Assembly: GCF_021869535.1 (NCBI RefSeq)
Contig: NW_026262604.1
Location: forward strand, 43,090,001 to 43,154,000
DNA length: 64,000 bases
Reading direction: 5' to 3'
From: Mytilus californianus
Lineage: Eukaryota
Shown: one piece after another, positions 1 to 12,746 of the stretch
How positions within the stretch are numbered: the first letter of the stretch is position 1
How the letters are laid out: each line of letters starts with the position of its first letter
Notes under the pieces: generated by a model
What the model was told of the DNA's origin: nothing
What the model saw: only the letters and a program-made list of their open reading frames with translations
Database searches by the model: none
Translations under genes and position numbers: made by a program

Positions 1-1574
1 CAGTAAAAAGTCTAATAGATTGTTGATCAATTTAACGATTAATAACATTTGATGGACAAATATAAATACATTTAAGGTCAGTGGACGTTTAAATTGTAAT
101 AAAATATGTATTGCGAAACGTTTGTTGAAAATCTCAGCATCCAACCAACACATATTGGCATACTTGCATCAGCTGCTGTATAATAAATCATCAACAGTTA
201 TGAATCATCAAATCAGAAGTTAGGCTGAAAGTGTTCGCTAGCATAAACGTGTTATAAATTGCCATTTTGGTTATTGCTAGCAGAGCTTTGCGTCTAAACG
301 AGTCTTGTGAAACATTGAGTATATATAGCCTTTGCAGAATTTAATAGATATATTACAATCTTTGAATGGCGCATAAACAATCATGTTTTATACAAACAGT
401 CAATGTAATGATATAAAGAGGAACTAGTAGACGATAAAATTATCGTCGCCTTACCCATAATTTCACTTTTAACCAAACGATTATCTTCAGTTGAATGTTG
501 CATCTTTCGTGGTTGTTTTGTTTGATCTTCAACAGAGTAAAACAATGTTTATTGTGGTACCAGACTGAAGTGTAATGCAGCTTTTGCTTTTAAGAAAATC
601 TTAAGTGATGTATTTTTATAGTCAAACTGTTATTTCTTTGACCATTAATAAAATGATTAAAAACATGAACAACATTTTTAACACATTCAAATTAAGTTAA
701 TCTTTGATAGTCTATTATCCCCTCAAAATGATTGCACTTTTATTTCATCGTTTTACGAGTTTGTCTGTTATAACTTCTATGTAAACTTCGAATTCAAAGG
801 ACAACTTGAAATGGAAACAGATTCAAGCTTAGCGTTAGACGATTTGTCATAATGCATGCCCACTTTAAAATGAAATAATAGACTTGCAATTGTATCAACG
901 TGATATATTAATTTACGAGAACAATGTATAAATTAAAGATACATATTCCGGAAGACCTATTTTATCATAAACTTTCTATGGTAAATGATCACTACGTTTA
1001 TTTAAAAACTCCATAAAAACTTTCATTTTCCTGAATGTATCTCCTTTCTATTTAATGCTGATCACAGTGGGTATTCTAAAATAAAAAACAAAAACAAAAG
1101 AAGAATACTTGTTATATAATGTAGTATTCAAAAATGCTTTAAATTATCAGTGTTGTCTTTGGTTGTACTTTAGTTTAATTTTTAATTTGTTAAGCTGGGT
1201 AATATAAATCGTTCATATTTTGACATGATTCACTAGGTACTTCCGATCAAGTTGTAGCAAACATACAAGCATTTTAGATTACAAACACTACATTTCGATT
1301 CTTACACAACTATAATAGTGCGTTAATAACGGTGTCACAAATCAACTTTATGAACATATAAAAGTTATTCTAGACAGAAAAGGTAGTTACATAAAGTAAA
1401 AAAAATAAGGTTTGTATGAGTTTTTGTCTTTGATACAAATATTTAAAGTAAAAGTTCGGCTACGTACATCATGTAAATGTATATCTATGTTTTCTCCTTG
1501 ACAAATACAATGCTAGAACTAAAATCTCATCTTAATTCATGATTTATGAACTAGAAAGTACACACGCTTCAAAT

Positions 1575-1849
1575 TCATAATTGAGAGTATTGACTTAAAT
1601 GACATATTTCAATTTTTGTATACTCATTACTTACTACATGTCGCTTGCAGACAAATTTTAGTTTACGACTGCACATAATATCATTCCATTTTCCAGTGTC
1701 ATAAATATGACAACAGTTTTCGCCTTGACCTCTATGGTTATTCGGTTCCCCGGTATTCCAATTAGAGTAGGTCAAAGGTACGTAATCATATGACCAGATC
1801 CAAATTCCTGTATCACAGTCGGTTGCTCCTATCCATAGAAGGTCAGTAC
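1575..1849 (-). CDS. Lectin exon 4: carbohydrate-binding half of the CTLD
   Basis: Acceptor TCTTTAG|GT; LWIGATD, WNTGEPNN, ENCC, WND, FVC. A GTAAGT donor at 1634 could mean a further exon. Confidence 0.88.
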
Positions 1850-4018
1850 CTAAAGATGACATTTTTTTTTTCGATAAAGATTTGAAATAACTGCTTAATA
1901 TCAAAGTATACTAACATTTAATATACCTGTGCTAGTTCCCAACTCACATATAATCCGGCTGGCCACGTTACTACCGGAGACCTCAACATTGTCAATAACA
2001 CTTCCCTGGAAAATGTGTTATCCAAAGGTCCGAAATATCGTGAGCCTAAATCCATCAATTGGAAATACCACTTCAAAATACTGTTGGATTCGGTCTTGGA
2101 TTACGCCAGGCAACGGGCTAAACGCGAGAAAGAAGACGTAGATACTCTTTCCGAATGGATTTAGGCTGTGCGGTCGTTGATACTAATAAGAATTGAGAAA
2201 CTAAAAGGGTCTATCAATACCCATGCTACGTTAATCTTTAAAGACCCAAATGTTGCAAAACACTCGTCCTACCTCCATGACAAATACGTTGTTGACCCCG
2301 CCGATTAAGCCCCAAACAACATCGTTTTTGTGTGAAAATCTCATTACATAAACTGCTTGATAGATGAATTAGGTATTGATAATTCACTTGGAAACTCAAC
2401 ATATACCCTCACGAGACTTACCAAAGAGGAAATCCTGGATAATCATAGGTCTGTTCTATGTTCCTTTGGAATTTCAACCAAAGATGAAGAACTGGATCTT
2501 CCATCACTGTATTGGATACCTACACTACATAAGTGTCCCTACAAACAACGGTATATTGCTAGGTCTTCCAAGTGCTCCACGAAACCTTTTTCTATATTAT
2601 TAACATCTATTTTATCAGCAATCAAAGCCGGGTTTCAAAGTAATTGTGAAACTGCCTATTCTAGAGGTGGCGTGAATCAGATGTGGATACTAAAAAAATC
2701 CAAATATCTTTTAGAGTACATACAATCTTACACACTCTCATCTTGCAATAGTATTAAAACAATTGACTTTTCTACACTTTACACAAGTATTTCCCATTCC
2801 AAACTGAAAGACAAATTGAAAGAGTTGGTATTGCTTTGTTTCATAAAAAAAAATGGCGAACGTTGATACAAGTATCTTGTCTTTGGGAGGGATAAATCCT
2901 ACTTTGAAAAGAATCACTCTGATTAAAAAAAAATTCTCTGAAACTGACATTATCAAGATGCTTGATTTCTTGATTGACAACATAGTTGTTACGTTGGGAG
3001 GACATGTTTTTTCAACAGACTGTCGGCATTCCAATAGGAACCAATTGTGCCCCTCTTCTTGCTGACTTGTTTCTTTATTATTATAAGGCTGACTTCATAC
3101 AGGAACTTCTTAGGAAGAAAGATAAGAAGTTAGCAATATCCTTTAACTTTACTTTCCGCTATATAGATGATGTTCTCGCACTATATAATTTAATTAATAT
3201 TGAACGCATCTATCCAATCGAACTTGAGATAAAGGATACAACAGATAAGGTTGAGTCTGCCTCATATCTTGACTTACATCTAATAATTGACAAGGAGGAT
3301 CGGTTGAAAACAAACTTTACGACAAAAGAGATGATATCTGATTCCCAATTGTGAACTTTCCATTTCTATGTAGCAACATTCCAGCAGCGCCTGCATACGG
3401 AGTATATATCTGCCATTTGATACGATATTCCGGGATTGTATTTCTTATCATGATTTCCTTGTTAGGGGGTTGCTATTAAACCAAGAGTTCCAAATGATGA
3501 AGTTGAAATCATCCCTTCGTAAATTTTACGGACGCCATCACGAGTTGGTTGACCGTTATGGAATAACCGTTTCACAGATGATATCGAATATGTTCCTTAT
3601 GTCGTAATCAGGGTAATTACAATCCACTTCCTTTTTCACCACGAATGTGACCTACCGAATTAGACTATTTACCGGATTTGTAATAACACGAGCAACACGA
3701 CGGTTGCCACATGTGGAGCAGGATATGCTTACCCTTCCGGAGCACCTGAGATCGCCCCCAGTTTTTTGTGGGGTTCGTGTTGCTTAGTCTTTAGTTTTCT
3801 ATGTTGTGTCTTGTGTACTATTATTTGTCTGTTTGTCTTTTTATTTTTTAGCCATGGCGTTGTCAGTTATTTTCGATCTATGAGTTTGATTGTCCCTCTG
3901 GTATCTTTCGCCCCTCTTTTAATACTGAAACAATAAGACAAAAAACCCTCGATATAATCTAGAGAAACAGCTTTCATCCCATTAAAAGGAATAGTTTGCA
4001 AGATATCAATATCTGTAT

Positions 4019-4093
<75 letters not shown>

Positions 4094-7000
4094 TCAATTA
4101 TAAAACAACTGCTACGAAACTTAATTGTACATTCACAAATGCAGTCAGTTTATTTGTATCTTTTGTACTTATTTTTTAGGAAATTAGAATACGTCTCTTA
4201 CATACGTTACAATTATCCAGTGTTCAAAAGACACGAAACGTGCAAATTTGAAACAAGCTAGATATAATCAATCTAAATCTCAATACACGTAAAGTTGGTG
4301 AATATTCATGTATAGGTACTTTTTACTTAAACATATTTTTTTATAGAAAAAAGAAAATAATTAAAAAAAAAAAAAAATTCTTCAGATTCTGTTTTAAGAT
4401 ACATGATTTGTTTGCATAATTCCTTTGATTTAGTATGGAGATATATACATACGATATCAGAACTATTTGATTCTTTGTCAAAATGTAAGTATTGTGCTAT
4501 TTTCAAATCATAATAAAAAAAAAATGGAATACCCATATAAAGTTAAATATGTATCATTATTTATCTTACCTCTTATAGATTTATAAAGATATGATTGGTT
4601 AAAGGACTACACGTGGTGACTATGTATATTTGATATAGGGTGTCCTAAAAAATATAGGGTAAGTTACCATACATGGTTGGTTACCATATGGGGTTAGTAA
4701 GGAGTTACTTCCCTTTCAAAACAAAAAAGATGGTACGACCCTTTATAAAAACAACACGGTGTTGAGGAAAAATCTGAAAGGTTTCAACAGACGAAGAATT
4801 TGATGATGAAAGATTGAAATAAATTCATAAAACATAATTAAAGCTAACACGTTGTTATTGTTGGCATTAAGGAGTTACTTTCCTTTCAAAACAAAAACAA
4901 AATCTGAAAGGTTTCAACAGAGGAAGAAATTGATACATGTAATGAACGATTGAAATAAATTCATAAAACAAATTTAAAGCTAAAAAGTTGTTATTGTGGG
5001 CATTTGTTTTCTGTATAGACAAATGGAAGTAGGATCTTAATACTAAGTATTGAAGACTTTAAAATCACTTTGATAGGTCGCTAGTCAAAGTACCACATGT
5101 GACGATAGTCGGTAAGATAAATTCGTTACACGGTGTGCTAGTGATCTAATACGACATATATTGGGTCAGTAAATTCCATATGGGGATTCGAGCTTCGCTC
5201 TCACCCCATATGGAATTTACTGACCCCATATATACCGTGTTAGGTCACTAACACACCATGTAACTAATAATATTAAAGACTCTCATTGACACTATCTACT
5301 TTATTACTCTTATAACATCTGAAAGAAAGGTAAATACGCATGGGATTTGAATGCCGTACAAGGACCTACATAACTTCATACACCAACGTTATTTGATCTC
5401 TGGTGGATAATTGTCTAATTTGCAATCATATCACATCTCCTAATGTGTATTACTATATTGTTCCGTTGTTTTGTTTCTACATATATACATGTTTATTCAT
5501 TCCTGGTTGTGATAGAGTATTCAATATTATGATTTGATTTGATTTGATTTTTTGATGTTTTAACGCCACTTTTAAGCACCGCTTTTGGGCTATTTCGTGG
5601 CGGCCAGTTTTTATTGGTGGAGGAAGCCGGAGTGCCCGGAGAAAACCACTGACCTACGATAGGAAAACTGACAAACCTAGTCAATTAAGATTGGAGTCGA
5701 GTGCACCCGCACGAGCGGGGTTCGAACTCACAACCTCAGTGTTGACTGGCTAGTGATTACAGTTGTAACTACTTAGACCACTCGGCCACCGAGTCCCCTT
5801 CAATATTATGTTTACCATTCATGTTGATCAGGTTGGAATGTATCCAATTGTTTTCAGTTACATCTTTTATGTATGCAAGGAATGCATTTTGAGCTCTGCA
5901 GTATCTCTGAAATTCAAAAGTATCTGATTTGATAAAACAAAATGATATCTGTATCGAGAGTTGGAATCTTATCTTCACTCTCTACACTAGAACAGATTCT
6001 GTCAGTTTAGCCATAGCCCAAGACTAGATTTGGACAGTTCGTTCATAAACATTTTTGAACAGTTCTACCAGATCGAATTGACGTTAAAAAGAGCATCTCT
6101 CTTAACATGATTGAAAACTGGCGTAGTTAAATGGAATGTCCCTATTTTAAATAAAAAGGATTAAATGTAAGAAAATAATTACAGTCTTAGATATCCATGT
6201 TTGTACTTATTTCTAACAAAATATCTCATCTTTATGCTTATGCAATGAGAATATTTCTGTTATTACTAAAAAAAAGATGCTAGCACTAATTAGCCTTAGA
6301 AAGACAATTAAACAGGTCTTGGAGCTTTTAGGTGTTTATTATAGGTAGAATATTTGGATGGCATATTAACCATCTTTTTTCTAGGAGCAGTGTTGTTATA
6401 CCCAAGTTAACCTGATATATACAAACTTATGTGATGATACATATTGTTAAGTATCACAATGTAGATTTTTTCACGCTCTTGTAACAACTTTGTCAGTCTT
6501 AAAACTATATAAAAAAAAAATAATTGTAGCAATTACAAAAAAATTTCAAAACGGTTAGATGATAGAACGTTAGAATATTTTCTTGGTTAGAACTGTTCAA
6601 AAGTGTTCTAGGGTCGAACCACTTCTATATGAAACTGTTTTACAGACTTTTTTTTAGAAAGGTTCTTTGGTTATATTTTAAGTGAGGTTAGAATTGATAC
6701 TAACTGTATCTATACTTTTACATTACATATTTTAGAAGTGCGTCTTAAGAATGTCACCTTGAAAGTATATAAACTTTGAATTAATATTTCATTGACACAT
6801 TGTTTTTTGGAGGCGGGGGGTTCAGCAGATTATTACTTTTTTAAGTAAAAGAATCTCTTAACATGCAACATTCTGTGATAATCACGTATGCATCCTCTCA
6901 TAATCTGAATATAATCATACCCGTCGATTAAACGCACATTCACAAAACGAAGAGAAGCCCACTTATTGAAAACTTGTCCAGAAACATGTACAATTTAATT

Positions 7001-7942
7001 ACTGAATGTTGTGTTTGCGTAAAAGACACGAAAACAATACCTCCGCTTCAAACCAGGTCCTTTCATCATTGCTGAAATAATAACAGTGTTTGTTTAACTG
7101 TTCCCATCCTAACTTACAGGTGCTGGCATGATCTAATGAAATAGAAAGAAACACATTTTTTATAATAAAATTGAGAATGGAAACGGGAAATGTGTCAAAG
7201 AGACAATAACCAGACCATAGAGCAGAAAACAGATCAAGTCAACCAATGGGTCTTCAACACAGCGAGAAAATCTACATTTCATAAAGCATAACATTTACCC
7301 AACACCTGCCACAAAGGAAACACGTTTAAAATTAATTGAATTTGTTTAACAGTTGTATCGGCTATTGGTTTTTCTTTTATTTTTATTTAAAATTTTGTTG
7401 TTAAAATTATAGAATGCCAAAAAGGATCAAAATTGCAACATTGCAATTCTAAATTGGTTGTATCTTTCTTGTAATTCTAACTTTGGAATTATGGATTTGT
7501 AATAGTGCGACTCGGTATATAACAATGTATAAATATCCTAGAGTTTCAACGTTTGAATATTATGCGACTATGTCAACCGTAATACAACACAGATGTTCCA
7601 TGTTTGAAAATTTGTATATTTAAATGTTGGAATTTAGTCTCGTAAGCTTTCTGTGCTCAACAACATAGGTACTTATGTTGAAAATAATCCAACTGAACAT
7701 AATTGTAACACAATATAATAAACCAATTTATCGGGTTATTGACGATAGTACAACAAAAACATTATGATATGACTAAATTGAGGAAAAAAAAAAAAACAAT
7801 TACCTTTGAGATCCAATTCTAAATCTTTCACTTTTTGTTCAATGTATTCTAAATTAGTTCTCCACTGTGCATGTTTCGACTCTGTAAGACATATATCAGC
7901 ATTTGCGGAAGCTATTACCACGATGATTGTTAGCAGTAACAT
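1575..7942 (-). CDS. Secreted C-type lectin (perlucin-like), 4 coding exons, about 198 aa
   Basis: Exons 7942-7804, 7132-7041, 5906-5816 and 1849-1575 have GT-AG boundaries and phases 1/0/1. They join into signal peptide + short helical neck + complete CTLD (C..GW...CYYF...TW.EA..C...LA.I...EN..., LWIG, EPN, ENC, WND..C...FVC). Confidence 0.9.
1924..3917 (+). mobile_element. 5'-truncated, decayed Penelope-like retroelement (Naiad-type, C-terminal RT) in lectin intron 3
   Basis: TCASSQLTYNPAGHVTTGDL linker, LYWIP.LHK.PYKQRYIA, TIDFSTLYT, GIPIGTNCAPLLADLFL and FRYIDDVL, with stops and frameshifts. 3' tail ends CCCCTCTTTT. Possible 7-bp TSD TTTAATA (1917-1923 / 3918-3924). Confidence 0.85.
4019..4088. 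repeat. Compound (GT)n(GA)n microsatellite
   Basis: Seen directly. Confidence 0.97.
4698..5003. repeat. Imperfect local tandem duplication
   Basis: TAAGGAGTTACTT.CCTTTCAAAACAAAAA starts at 4698 and 4868; both copies share AAATCTGAAAGGTTTCAACAG and GATTGAAATAAATTCATAAAAC. Confidence 0.85.
5125..5264. repeat. Fold-back palindrome (about 61-bp arms, 18-nt spacer), MITE-like
   Basis: Arm GTTACACGGTGTG...AAATTCCATATGGGG is nearly the reverse complement of CCCCATATGGAATTT...CACACCATGTAAC. Confidence 0.9.
5532..5798 (-). mobile_element. tRNA-derived SINE with Deu/Nin-like core
   Basis: A box TGGCCGAGTGG, B box GTTCGAACC, core GGTTTTCTCCGGGCACTCCGGCTTCCTCCACC, (AAATC)n tail. 12-bp TSD TTCAATATTATG at 5520-5531 and 5799-5810. 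Confidence 0.92.
5816..5906 (-). CDS. Lectin exon 3 (RYCRAQNAFLAYIKDVTENNWIHSNLINMN)
   Basis: Acceptor TTTCAG|AGA, donor AATG|GTAAAC, 91 nt, phase 0 to 1. Confidence 0.88.
7041..7132 (-). CDS. Lectin exon 2 (DHASTCKLGWEQLNKHCYYFSNDERTWFEAE)
   Basis: Not in the ORF track; read by hand. Acceptor TTTCATTAG|AT, donor GAG|GTATTG, 92 nt, phase 1 to 0. Confidence 0.9.
7804..7942 (-). CDS. Lectin exon 1: signal peptide and neck (MLLLTIIVVIASANA-DICLTESK...DLELDLK)
   Basis: ATG at 7942, hydrophobic leader ending in A-N-A, donor AAAG|GTAATT, phase 1. Confidence 0.85.
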
Positions 7943-10900
7943 CTCTTCAAAAAATAAAAAATACTTGAAATCGAAAATAAAGATTTCCGTTTATAATTAA
8001 AAATTATAGTTCTTAGAAAGGTCGCCGCACGTTCAAACTGTTTGATGCATATTAACTTTTCAAGAATGTTTTTTTGTTTATCCTTTAAAGACGTAACTCT
8101 GTTAAGCATATATTTTACTATACATATCGTGTCTTATGATATTTTTTTAAATAAGGGTTAAAAAGATGAGACAGCTACAAATGAGAGGATCAAACTCATA
8201 AGTTGAAAAGTGACTGGCAAATTCATGGCACAAAACTAAAAAAACGAGGAATAGACAAACAACAGTCTACAAACATACGTTGTGCTAAGGTTCCTTTTGT
8301 CAATCTCACATTCTTAATATTTTTCATAGTCTTCGATTTTTTTTACCCATTTGAAAGTTACTACAGATATGTTTTTTTTTTCAAATCATCTCCATTTGCA
8401 CCATCCATTAATACAGCTTGAACTAAAATCAACATTTAAAATTGCCTTAAGCATATTTGCAATATAACTTGATTTCATGTTGAATTATTATAAATATAAA
8501 TTTTAAAGAGTGAGTTTTTGAGAATTTTTTTCATAATTGTAGAATCCTTCAAGAAATATTCTCTTAACAACTACATATAGTCAAAAAACAAATTTAAATG
8601 AGCATACCTGCTCTGTTTATTTGTGAATGTTATGTTATTTATTAAAAATTAAAGGAGTTAAAATGTAAACGTTAGTGATACATGTATCCAACGAAACAAT
8701 AAGACTATTGAATGTTTGTGTTTTATGTTTACTTACCTCTTTTTTAATTTTCTTTTTGATTGATTTTACTAAATTGTAAAATTTCTAGATAAATAACTGA
8801 TTTACCTTGTTTACGTATCACAAGCGCCTCTTCGTGTTAAAGAAGACTTCCACGTAAAACAACGTTTGTCTATTCGTAGTAAAGTATTTTCCGGTTGGTG
8901 TACATGTACGGAAGAACGACACAGTATCATCCGGATAAAATGAAAACACAACAAAAATGCGTAGATATGTCATGAGCATTTTCAGGTCAAATTAAAAGAT
9001 ATTTTGAATAGGAGTTGATTAAGAATATTTTCATTATTTTTGCTTTCAATGCTTTGAGTTCAAATAAATTTGCAAATAATTGAACAATTATTTTATTCAC
9101 ATCGTCATTTATTCGTCCACGATTTTTTCCCATTTTCTCTTGATAGTCCACCTGATTCGTGCATATTTGTAGAAGAATTGTGGGTTTGATGATAAAAGCA
9201 TGGACCCACTCTGAAAAATCAAATATGACGGCCATTTTCAAGATGTCTGCCAATCAGTCTAAATGTCTAATTAAAAGCAAATAATATTTAAACCAAATCT
9301 TTTAAAAACATAAAAGGTAATCCAACGTTTCTAGTAAGTCATGACGTTATATTAGACTTTTAAATTTTTTTCAAAATGGCAGAAAATTTCAAAAAAGCCG
9401 CCAAGAAGTGAAAATAATAAAAAAAAAAAAAACTAAGACAATGCTTTGCTTATGTTCTATCGAATTGCATTTTGCAGTTCATACAATATTCTAGTGATTG
9501 TATTTCCATGATAAATTGATGCTGCTTGCATGATAATTTAAATCAAAGATCCTATAAATGGAAACATTCGAATGTTTTCAGGACGCCATCAGGATTTGTT
9601 TGACCCTCAGGTACCATGTAAGTCACAAATGGTAATTGATATGTTTTATTTCTCCTTGCCACAATCCTTTCTTTTTTTCTCGATTGTGGTAATATGAAGA
9701 TGACAAAATTTATACTTTAAAACGGTAATCATGGTAGCATCACGAGTGCTTCCAGTTGGCCAGAAACTTCACACCCTTTCTGAACACCTACGAATTCCCC
9801 TAGTTTTAATAAAAGGAGACTTGTATTATTTATGCTTTCAATGTTGTGTAATTTGTTCTTTATTTTTCAATGTCTGTGTTGTCAAACAATGAAAGTCTTG
9901 TTTATCCATCGTACAGTTATAGGAAACCTTATTTCATTTCAAACGTTCACGTTCGGTCAAGTTTTGTATAATTTACATGTACAATGGTTTTTACATGTTT
10001 TTAACTTTGTGATTCTAAGAGTTAGAAATGAGACATTTATAAATCCACTATTATCTGATATATGCCTAATTACTGGATATGACTCATTAATCTAATTAAG
10101 GAAAAGCACCTAGGCAGGTGTCACTTGTTGAACAGAAATCGCTGACCCTTCTTGAGCATCTGACATCATCCCCGGTTACAAGAATAATCGCCAAAAAAAT
10201 TTCAAACATTATAACAATGTTATCACATTATACAATATATTGAATTAGATGTTCATATGTATACACTGTATATGTGATAGTCTTTAATAATTTCATTTGC
10301 AATCCGCTTCACAACTTATATAAACATCTGTATATTGGTGATAAACTATGTTGTAAATGGTATTGACAATCAGCTTCACAAAGTGTATAACCTATGTATA
10401 TTGGTGACGATCTATGTTTTAAAATCTGTTTCAGTTACACAAATTGTATACACATCTGGATGTTGGTGACGATCTATTGGGTAATGAGTATTTGTAATAA
10501 GTTTCACAAATTGTATAAACATCTGTATACTAATGAAGTCCTGTTGTAAAAGGCGTTGGTTTGCTATCGTATTGATGGCTTGTACTCTGATAGGGAGGTT
10601 GTGTTGATTACAGATTTTTGATGTTTTATTTATTCGCAGCTTTTATAAACGTAAGGCAATTTAGTATAAGCACACTGTTAGAAAAATTATTTCTATTTAA
10701 AACGAATGTTTAACCAAATTTGACATGGAGTTGGTTGAATTAATTCGTTTGTAATTTCAGTGCGTTTGTTTTCTTCGTTTCATGGAATTTGATAGCCTTC
10801 TTGTGATATTCTTCTTCTTATTAACTTAAATAAGTAAACCACTAAAAAACAGTTAAACTCTGTGGTAATTCTTATGTTTGTACAGATGAGAATTTACGCT

Positions 10901-12169
10901 ACATAAATCCAGTGAAAACCTGATTAATTAAATATCTGTCTAGTTTTCTATATCGATATCAAGTGATGTACACGTACACAAAAGAGGAAAATTAGCAACC
11001 AGGTAAGGGTTACTATTATCAATGCATCTTATTTCTGGTAGGGAACAACTGAAACGTCAAATAGTATTCAGGTCTGAGACAATTCAAAATGTCCCTAGTT
11101 GATAATTGTATGCGAAAGATATACATGTACATTAGTAATCTAACTCACAATTGTTATACCAAGTCAGGAAAATGGCCATTGTTATATTATAGTTCGTTTC
11201 TGTGTGTGTTGCATTTTAGTGTTGAGTGTCTGTTGTGTCGTTATTCTCCTATTATATTTGATGTGTTTCCCTCAGTTTTAGTTTGTAACCGGATTTGTTT
11301 TTTTCGCAATCGATTTATGAATTTCGAATAGCGGTATACTACTGTTGCCTTTACATGCTTTATTTATACACATTTTATGCAGAAAAATTTACTTACGTAT
11401 ATATCATATTCGTAAATAAAGTGTATCATTGTGTAGTCTGATTGTTTTTATTTGGGCACTGACTATTCATCTATTGTGTGGACATTGTTAATAATGTCTG
11501 ATTTAAAGTTCATGGAAATAAATAATTTGTTTGAGGTGGGAAGTAAATACTAATAGAATATTTCTATCAAAATGATAGATCAACTCATAAATAAAAGAAT
11601 ATTATTTACAAATGTTCTTGTTCCAGTACATGTAGTATGTTGTTGACAAAAATATGTTGTTATTGTATGAAGTTTAAAAACAGATGTTTGACCCGAGAAA
11701 ATATGTTTGTCCTCCTCTTTCTTCCATAAAAAAAGTCTGCGCATTCAACACAAACTCCAAATCTTGCATGTAGTTGCTTGATTAACATTGTTTTATTTTG
11801 TTGATTCCTTTTGATACAATTATATTTATACAAATAGTTAAAGAAACATGACATACTTTTACCTAGTTACATAAAATCAATCATTTGAAATAAATTCTAA
11901 AATGTCGTTTATAAAATTATTTATACATTATACAAATTTTTTTGTTTTAAGCTCTGCATCTATATTTTTCATTAAATGAAAAAATGCGACAAAAGTATCA
12001 ATATGAAGTAACAAGTATTTGGGGTTAATGTCGTAAAAAACGCTGGCATACAACCACATGTATAATGAATAATATGTTTTTTGGCAGTTGTCTTTTCCAC
12101 CTTTTTCTCTCTTGTTCTACAAAAAGTTGAGCAATTAAGCAATAAAAAGAGATGAAATATATCAAAGGA

Positions 12170-12290
12170 AAAGTCAAACTCATCGTTGGAAAACGAACTG
12201 ACAAAACAATAAAACGACATAAAGACAAACAACTTTGTACACATCATAACATGTAAAACATAACTACTGACCAAAACAAACCCAACCAAA
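12170..12290 (-). mobile_element. Decayed 3' tail of the Penelope-like family
   Basis: Reverse complement resembles the GTCAGTT..TTTTCGA.CTATGAGTTTGA tail at 3780-3910. Confidence 0.5.
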
Positions 12291-12746
12291 AACCGCGAAA
12301 ACCAATTTACATCAGTTTCAATTGGACAAAGTTAACCTCGGAGGGGTCGTGTTTGTTTCCTTTTTAGGGTTTTGGGATTTCCAAATTTTTTTTAACGTGT
12401 TTAACTGATAAATAGTATTTCTTCAACATGTGGTGTATGAATGGTTATTATATAATATTATGTGAAAGGTTTTTATTTTCTTGTCTCAATAAGTCATTGA
12501 TTTCTATATACATTTTTTCGTTTTTTAACTTTCTCACTCGTTTTTTTTTTTCGTGTTCAATATTGAGATTTAGATATTGAGTCCTCCTTTAAAAATGCCT
12601 GCTTTACATGGTATGCCATTGTCAAGTATTTAAAATGTTAGAACTAAGGAAGAATTTATAATTGTAAGTCAAAATTTGTATTACAGAGGATGTAAACTGA
12701 TCAACGCCTAAATGTCATAGACATTTGAATCTGATACGTCAATACC

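Noticed and set aside
3867-4097. 76-aa ORF with SL/HT repeats
   Set aside because: Microsatellite translation.
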